DNA of 64,000 bases from Eledone cirrhosa. Its lineage: Eukaryota. The position numbers and the translations under genes are program-made. Under the pieces are notes generated by a model that ran no database searches, was not told the DNA's origin, and was given only the letters and a program-made list of their open reading frames with translations. Below are positions 54,940-64,000 of this stretch, in pieces. The DNA is taken from contig OZ024753.1 of NCBI GenBank assembly GCA_964016885.1, positions 744,001 through 808,000 on the forward strand, written 5' to 3'. Every line of letters starts with the position of its first letter. Position 1 is the first letter of the stretch.

Positions 54940-57024
54940 ATAATAATAAATGTGAAGACTAAAATCGAAAGAGGGCTCGATAAGGATAATATATATATAA
55001 ATATATATAAAAACCGTAGAGTAAATATTTATTAAAATAACAGATTAAAGTTTAAGCAAAGAATCGCTGCTTTCACCCTTAACGAGATCTTAAGATTATA
55101 TATATATATACAAGTGGAAGCTTAGTAAAATCGAAGCTCTGGCTGTGGCCAAGCAAAATCGACCTACAATTAGGAATGAGTAGCAAAGCACTCAATAAGG
55201 GTAGGTCCTCAGAGTGATTGTTTCTACTTTAGGCACAAGGCCAGCAATTTCCCAGTGCATTACTGGTACTTTATTTCATCGACCCCGTAAGGATGAAAGG
55301 CAAAGTCAACCTCGGCGGGATTTGAACTCAGGTCGTAAAGGGACGTAACTATGCTGGAAAGCATGGCATCCGACCCTCTACCAATACTGCCCATAAAAGA
55401 AATAATGAGAAATAATTGTTTCTACTTTAGGCACAAGGCCAGCAATTACCCAGTGCATTACTGGTACTTTATTTTATCGACCCCGTGAGGATGATGAGAA
55501 ATAATGAGAAATAAGAAGAAAAAAGAAGGAGGAGGAGGAGAGACATAGTTGTCAAAGTTCTCTCCACATTTATATTAGTTATGATTTTCTTGCATTTTCT
55601 ATGCTATGTGTTAACTATCAAATGTTATCTTAGTTGCTCCCCTGTTACTTTACTAGTATATATTTCTATTAAGTTCTTTTTTTTCATTGTTTTTAAAGGA
55701 TTTACTATCTATCACTGTATTATCTGACTTCCTATTGTTTGTTCTTTCTATATATAAGTGAGAAATCTCAAGAACTTTTGTTTTGTTGCAATCTCTTCTA
55801 TCTGAGATCCTGCATTTATATTACATAGATCCTATCTATTTATATTACTTTAAACCCTTCAGCAGTTACATTACTCTATATATGCTATTGTATTTTCATG
55901 GTAAAGGCTGTACTTCACATAAATTATCTCAGATAATATCGAGATTTTGATGTTATTTATTTTAAGAACAATACCTTACAATTGGTATGAGTGGCTGGTT
56001 ATGGCCGGTTTAAATACTAAAGAGTTAATATCTATCTATCTGGTTAATATCTATCTATTAATTAATTCTATCGTCTAATGCCTGTGCATGAAGATTTTTT
56101 TAAAGTGAAGAAAGACTGTGCATTGAGCCAATCCCACTCTCTGAGCGACAGTAGCTATAACCCGAAAAGAAGAAAAGATCACCATCATCGGTAACTACTG
56201 AGCCGCAGGTTTTATGTCGGAGTTATCCCAGTTTCCTTCTCATAGAAGAATGCCCTGACAAAGGCTAGGGGTCCTTCACTCCCATACACACACACACACA
56301 CACACACATATGGTAAGGTGAAGGTACGCGAGTTAGCAGAGATTCCGTTACAGTTTTGGGATTGGAGGGGCTTAAGTATATATACAGTACATGTGAATAT
56401 ATACTTAAGCCCTTCCTATTTACATTTTGATGGTACAGCAATAGCTCGCTTTCTATTGTGTTTATTTGTACTTATTACTTATTTGAACAGTAAGACATTT
56501 TATTTAACTAAATAAACTTTAATATCATTCAACAAGTTTCCACATTATTTGGCGTAGGGGGTGGGACTTAAGCCCCAAAAGACCCTTAACTCAAGAAAGC
56601 TTGGATAGAGGTTAGCAATTTCTGCTCACAATCTTGAATTCGATTCCCAGAGATGCGTTGTATCTTTGAGCAAGACACTATATTACACCTTGATCCAGCC
56701 CATTTTGTCCTTGAGCAAGACACTTTATTACATGGTGGTCCAGTTCACTTAGCTGGGGGAAAATGAGCTGTACTTGTAATTTAAAATGGTTGTCTTGTCG
56801 CCTACTATACCGCCATGAAAACTAAGTACATTAACAGGTCACTTGTCGATGTAATGCTCAGTTACTTGCACGTTTATTTCATGAATAGGCTGCTCTGTTG
56901 TGTGAATAACAGGAACAGTCGTAGTTGGAAGCGTCGGAGGTCCAAGGAATAACGATATTTCTTTGTGTATAAAACAACTACAGAATATAAGGCTCCTGTT
57001 TATGAAGCTAAACAAATCGAGACA

Positions 57025-57280
57025 ATCAGTGGAAACCTCTGGTGTCCTTGGCCCTAGGGCCACCTCCCTACTCACTACCATCGACACAGAGTTGGCTACC
57101 CACAGGTGTGAGCCTCGCGACCTGGAATGGATCTTCCAGCGCGTGGAAACGCCTTGTCTGTTCTGTCCGCCAGGACCGCGGACCCACATTTGCTCATAAT
57201 AGTGAGAGATGGGATAGGGAGAGAGACGGAAGCAGTGACAGTGGGAGTTTGGTTCCTTTGTGTTCAGACCTGGTGTATAT
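57025..57280 (+). mobile_element. CRE-like LINE 3' end
   Basis: VETSGVLGPRATSLLTTI...EPRDLEWIFQR followed by the shared 3' UTR. Confidence 0.8.
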
Positions 57281-57509
57281 GTTTATGTTTCACATTGCTA
57301 TATGTAGCACGAACCCTATGTACATCAAAGTGGATACTTTAAAGACCTCTAAGATACATCTTTGTGTATCTAAAGCGACCCTTGATACATCTCTGTCTAT
57401 GTATTTCTTTTGATTTATACTTTGTAAACTTGTACCATGTTATTCATTAAAATATTGTTTTCTCACTTAAATTCCATTACAATATTCAGATTCTCCCGAT
57501 GTAAGGAGG

Positions 57510-57722
57510 ATCGATCGACTTTCGTCAAATCGGACCGAGGAAACAATGTTTCCATTGGTCTTTCCAGTTGCTAGTACTATCTATCGGTCGCAACTCCAGG
57601 TAGAAGGAACAACGTGAAATAAAGTGTCTTGCTCAAGGACATAACGCATCGCCCGGTCCAGGAATTGAACTCACAACCTCAAGATTGTGAATCCAATTCT
57701 CTAACCACTCAGCCACACGCCG
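57510..57722 (-). mobile_element. CORE-type SINE (same subfamily as 8643-8838)
   Basis: High identity to 8643-8838. Confidence 0.75.
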
Positions 57723-59373
57723 ACGTAAAAGAATATAAAACAGCTGCGTTTTAGTATGCGTTAAACAATTATTGTTTAAGTCTGTTTTATAGTATTGCTA
57801 TTTTAAAATACAGTAATAATTTTCATAAAGGTGTACTCGTGTATAAGATGATAGGACATCCCCACTAGAAAATACAAATTTGCGTGCATGTGTGTGCAAA
57901 AGAGAGACAGAGAGCATGGGGAAGACATCTGGCAACAAGATAACTATTACCTATTTAAACTAAATAATATGAGTACTACATAGAACAGGTGTGTGAATAA
58001 AAGAAAAAGGGGGAAAGAACTAAGAAAGAGACATGAGCTTTGAAAGATTTTTTGAAAATAAATTAATGAATAGGCTGCATGGTTAAGGAATTCGCTTCAT
58101 AATCATGTGGTTCTGGGTTCGGCCCCACTTTGTGCCGGATTTACCATTGTGCTTAGGTATGCTTAAGCACAGGGCTGGGGCTGGGTGGCATTTTCCTGCA
58201 AAAAAAAAAAAAAAAAAAAAAAATTTCTCACCTCGTTCAGGGTCTAAGTAAGTGGTCTCGTAACTTAACTAACACAGGGCCTCATTTCGACATAAAAGAG
58301 ATCGATAAAAGAAATATCAGACTTGAAAAAAACAACAAAAAAACTAAGAAAAAAAATAATTACCGGGGGAGGCAATATGACTGACAGAATCTTTTCAATG
58401 AGGTGTTCAAGCATAACTGCGATAGATTAAGGTACTCCTTTTACTTATTTATTTTTTGAATTATTTATTTAATTTACTTAACTATTTGTAAATGTAGAGA
58501 GAGAGAGACATTTGATTGGCTCGTTCACACAAGGTATGTTGAACTTAACGACAAGTGACAGATCAGTGATTCTAAAATATTCTTCAAAAATATACTCCCG
58601 CAATTTAGAACAGGTATTTAGAAAAACGTTCTTTCATTTTTATTACAGCTCGTTTCTTCTCATACCTGTCACTACCTCTATAGTCCCCACTCTCTCAATA
58701 TATATATATATATTTATATTTCTCTATCTACAGAAACACACAGGATTACCTTTACACCTTTACGGATGCGGAGCAACACATTGTTTAAATAATAATTATG
58801 TGGAAGAAACGATCATTTCAGGTGGCTGTAAGTATGTATATTCTATAATAGTTGTAGTTGTTGTAGTAGTTTATTGTTGTTATTGATTTTGCTGGGATTT
58901 TGAATCTCAAATTGTTGCTGATCGAGCAGACAGCCCTATGACAAGAAGAAAAAAAAAAGTTTCAACAGTGACAATTACGTCGTTATTTCTTACATGTGAT
59001 ATTTAAGACAGTTTCACGAACGTCTTTCACCTACTATCTTCCCGCCCTCTTCAATTATAAAGAATACTACATATCCCGACCCTACATAACCGCAGAGTTG
59101 ATAAAAAATTATACATTGAAAATTTAATTTTAATATGACCAATTTAGTCTTTTTGAAAATCTAGTAATACATTAGCTAATGTGTTCTTTCAAGGGTGGTA
59201 GACGTAACCAGGCGTGGTAGACTTAACCTCGGGTCGTTGACTTTTACTTTACGTGGGTCGGAAATAGAATCTAGGGTGGTTGACTTAAACAGGATTGGTA
59301 GACTTAAGCTTGGCATGGTAGACTTATGGCAAGCACAGGCTGTCCCATTGACCAAGCAACAGAAACACTTTGC

Positions 59374-59417
<44 letters not shown>

Positions 59418-62400
59418 ACCAAACAACAGAAACACTTTGCTATATATATGTGTGTGTGTGTGTGTGTAAAATAAAAATGTAGTTTGCTTGAAACATTGTA
59501 TATAATGTAGAAAATGATATGTATAAGAAGGTTAAAACAATGTGAAAGGGTCAGTAAAATGAAGACAAAGAAAAAGTTTGTTACCTGGTATTTATTACTA
59601 TTATCATTATTATCTTTTTTTAATGTTCGTCCTAATATTTCGGGACTTAAAAAACATCTTCTCAGAGTATGAGGAACTTTCAGATAAAAACATTCTGCTC
59701 TCACCGCTTTGAAGTTTGATTTAAATTTCATTAAAACTTCGTTCTGAGAGTTGAAAGATTGGAAAGAAATGAAGCTTGCATGCTTCTATTGACGTGCAAT
59801 AGAAATATACGTAAATGGCAAAGCATAAAAGAACTGAAAGAGAAACTATGCATGAGAGGAAATTGCGTTGGTATGGACATGTGATGCGTATGAAGAATGA
59901 CAGCTGTATAAAAAGATGCAGAGCGTTGAAAATTGATTGGAGCTATGGAGTAGCAAGACCCAGGAAAACTTGCACAATTATATCTCTCAAAGGCGATGAC
60001 ACAAGCCAGGATCTTCGGCATTATGCAGTGATACAGAAGACCCGCCTTCCCATGGGTTCAGGCTGAAGCATACATATAGTATTCACCTCTATATATGTAT
60101 GTATGTGTGTGTGTGTCTCAAAACATATAATGTGGACCTGTTCCTGTTGCAATACACAAAAAGTATTCATAGCCCTTCTCAGAGACCCAAGTCACATTCC
60201 TCTTCTTTCAATCCCAGGTTTCCTCAATTCTTCCTCATTTTCTTTTGTCATCCTATGATTTTCCATTAAGCACCATAATAACACGAGCAAACTATTCAAT
60301 TATTATAGTAAAAATTTAGATTATATCTCAAGTTGAATTTTTTTTTTTTTTTTTTTTTTTTGTGACCTGTTAATTCATGTTGGATATATCACGAATAGAA
60401 AATTTACATTTCTTTATTGATAAACTATATACAGGGTATCCCTAAAAATGTATACACACTTCAAATATTACATTTTTTGTGGGAGGGGGAGGGGACACCC
60501 TGTATATATTACTGTATGTAGTTGACGGACGAGAGAAAAGAGTACCCAATACTGAAGTAGAGTTTAAATATTCGTTTATTATGGCTAAATAGTGAGTCTT
60601 GTTTTTTTGGGGGCGGGGGGTCACTTGTGCACTCAGAGGATCATTAGTCTGATACTAAAGAATAGTGAAAAGTAGAACATTTATGTTGAACTAATGAGGA
60701 ATCTGCTGATACTCCACTCTGACTATATCTATAGATTGGTACTTGTGATCATTGGAATTTGGGATATGTTACTAATTGCTTCGGCACACATCTTGAGAAG
60801 CTGGGTTTCACAGGACCAGAAAAATCATGATTAGTTAGGAAATGGTTTACTGGGGGGCAGCGTAAAATACTCACAGTGGGACTATAACGAAGGTATTTTA
60901 GTAGTTGTTAGAATGATTATAACATGGTTGTTAGATGTAATAACAAGAATAGCGATTAACTTTATATATAAAGGTTTACTTCACTTCAGTCAAAAAGAAC
61001 AATAAACAAGTTAACACGAGTTGCGAAGGTTGACAATGTTATTTTGTTGTTCAGGTGAAAACAGCGAGCAACCCGATAAGGTTTGTTGGTGGTTGCAGTT
61101 CGTAGGTGTAGTTCTCTTTGTGATTGAATTCTCTCTCTCTCTCTCTCTTCCACCGGCTAGTTATATCCCCAGCTTTCTGTCCTCTGCCTCGATTGATCGC
61201 CCAGGCATCAACTTCTTAACGCCAAAAGGGTGGTGACCTAGAATTTGACCTTTAGGTGTCACCCAGTGTTCGAGGTGTGGACAGGTTTCGCTACAGGACT
61301 ATATGTACGTTAACGTGCTATCATCTATATCTTAGAGAGATTAGTTCTGTCGTAAGTGAAAAGCATGATGAACATCAATATACACTGTTGACAGGTGCAA
61401 TGTATCCGAACACGGAAGAGCTGAACTCCCACCGTCATCGACCCCCCATCTCTTTCGCCCTCACCATCTCTCTGTATAGTGAGCAAATGGGGTCCCACGT
61501 GCTGGCCGCAATACAGCTCTGGCGGACAGAATGGAGAAGGCGTTTCTCCGGGGGATGGTAATTACAAGTTCAGTCGATTAATGAACTGTAAAAAAAAAAT
61601 TATAAATAAAAATATATAAAACATTTCAGAAATTCAACATGTAATAACTGCATATACACATGTATAGATATGAACCATATACATGTGTAGACATGTAACT
61701 CAAAACATACAGATCCACACCTGTAATAACACCCGTACAAACACATATGTACATGCAAACACATATGTACATGCAAACACATACGTATTTACTTAGATTC
61801 TAGGTAAATACGTATGTGGAATTTAGACATGTAGATCCTATATGTTGTCTAAATTCCAATAAAAGATTTGTTTCACATCTACATAATTGTAAATACTTCG
61901 GCAGCATTTACGTTAGAGACGTTATAGAAAATGTCACCATTACATCATTTTCTTTTTATATTCTTTTAGTGAATATTTTTCCTACAGAATAAATAATTCA
62001 TTATATTGGTAACAATTTATAAAATAATTGTTTCTTCTTTTGGCACAATTATCTCAGTGTATTACTGGTTCTTTATTTTATCGACCCCAAAAGGATGAAA
62101 GGCAAAGTTAACCTCGGCGGGATTTGAACTCAGACAATAAAGGTCCGTAACTCTATGCTGCAAAGCATGGCGTCCGACCCTCTACCGATACTGCCAATCC
62201 AGATTTCTTATATAGGCACAAAGCCAGCAATTTTGGGGGAAGGGAAAGTCGATTAAATCGACCCCCGTAAGGATGAATGGCAAAGTTAATCTCGGCAACC
62301 AGAACACACATACATACATACGCAAACAGACACACCGACCACACATACATAATACATATATATAAACACACACTCACACACATATACACAATGACACCCA

Positions 62401-64000
62401 CCACACATACATAATACATATATAAATATACACACTCACACACACACATACACAATGACACCCACCACACATACATAATACACATATATAAATATACACA
62501 CTCACACACACAAAAACATGCACACATATAAATATACACACTCGCATATCTTTTAAGTGTTTAAAAGATCAACCAACCATAAATATATTTCGATTGATGA
62601 AGGCTCCAAACATTTAACTACAGTCTTTCTCTCTCTCTCTCTCCCACAGCCTTACATGGGATTGGCAATTGATCAAATAACTAAATAAATAGACATTCCT
62701 ATACACATGCTAGAACAGGTGTCAGTTGTCATGGTTCTATGATTTCCATACTTACGAAAGTCATTGATCAGCTGGCAGGAATTGATTGTGATTGAACCCA
62801 AGAACACAATTGTATCTGAAGACAAACTAAATAATTAATAAAATTAATCATCACATTGTCAAAATTTCAATTGAAGATGGTGGCTTAGCATTCCGAGTTC
62901 AAATCTCGCCAGGACCAACTTTACATTTCATTCTTCCGGCCTTGTGTGTAGATTAGAAATCATCATTATTATTGTTATTAGGGTGGTGGATTGGCAGTAT
63001 CAGTAGTGTGTCAGACACTCTGATTTGCAGCATAGAGTTACGGCCTTTTATGATCTGAGTTCATATATATTATTATAGTGCTAGTTCCAGGCTGCAATAG
63101 ACCCAACACACTCTGTAAAATTGTAGTGCTGGGGCCACAATAAAATGTTTCCAGTATTCACAGTAAAGTGGTTGGTATTAGGAAAGGTATCTTGCTATGG
63201 AAACCATGGCTGCCTAGCCTCAGAATTTAACAACTTGTCTAACCCATACCAACATAGAAAGCTGACATAAAATGATGGTGATGATATATACATATACAAA
63301 CAGTATATATACTCCTGTTAAACAGGTCACTTCAAATATTTACATTTTTGTTTTCAGTACTCCTCACCTCTTACTCTCATCCCACCCTCGTGTATCCTAT
63401 GTTAAGTTTATACATTTTAACCCTTTCTTCACTGTATTTCTAATTAAACACACTCTATTTCAATTAATTACTGAGAAATGTTCAGGGATTTACTAAAATT
63501 ATTAAATATTTCATTACTAAGATACTAATTTAACATATGGTTCTTATATAAAATGATATGGGAGGATAATAATTTAAATAGGAACCCTTTCAAATGGTGG
63601 ATTTTGTTTCATAAATTGTATAACATAATATTAAACATTTATTTAGAATATCTAAATACAGAAAGGAACAGAAAAATGTATTCTACGGATATTTAAAACA
63701 TTTACAGAACTTCTGTATATACAATGTTTTTAGTGTTGATAAATTATAGGTCTTGCTACCCCCCAGGATCATTTGTGAGAGATTTTGTTGATGGGGGCAA
63801 GGATTGCTCTTTCACACAGCAACTCCTCATTGGAATGGTGGATTTGTAAATTGGGAAACACTTAATTAAGTTTACAATGCTTTCCACAACAATACAAAAT
63901 GGCGAAGGATCAAAACATCCTTCAGTATGAAAGGATTGCTTTTCTATAAATTTAAATGGCGGCTGAGAGGTGTTTATCTGTAACAAGTGTCCCCCTCCCT

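Noticed and set aside
62590-62620. TTGATGAAGGCTCCAAACATT hammerhead-like motif
   Set aside because: Too many core mismatches and no stem I.

Overview
AT-rich, microsatellite-dense eukaryotic DNA; the repeat families look octopus/cephalopod-like (inferred, not verified). The one host gene I can support is the first coding exon of a FRMD5/FRMD3-like FERM gene (minus strand, 4964-5062, perfect GTAAGT donor) with its promoter region at about 5.1-6.0 kb. The rest is intron or intergenic DNA filled with transposon relics: two RTE-type LINE families, CRE-like (RLE) LINE fragments, two tRNA-derived SINE families, a mariner fragment, piggyBac-, pogo/Tc1- and hAT-type MITEs, and minisatellites. The main result is a cluster of Penelope-like elements (RT + GIY-YIG, at least two families) with minimal type I hammerhead ribozymes. 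Four have an intact catalytic core (31.07, 31.5, 33.15 and 37.05 kb) and about five are decayed. The most striking item is a ~1.8 kb non-coding element (31460-33231) with ~435-460 bp inverted arms, each carrying an identical intact hammerhead, so both strands encode a self-cleaving ribozyme. A second, older ~800 bp foldback (19562-20362) has the same layout with decayed hammerheads. All calls are by eye; no searches or folding programs were run.
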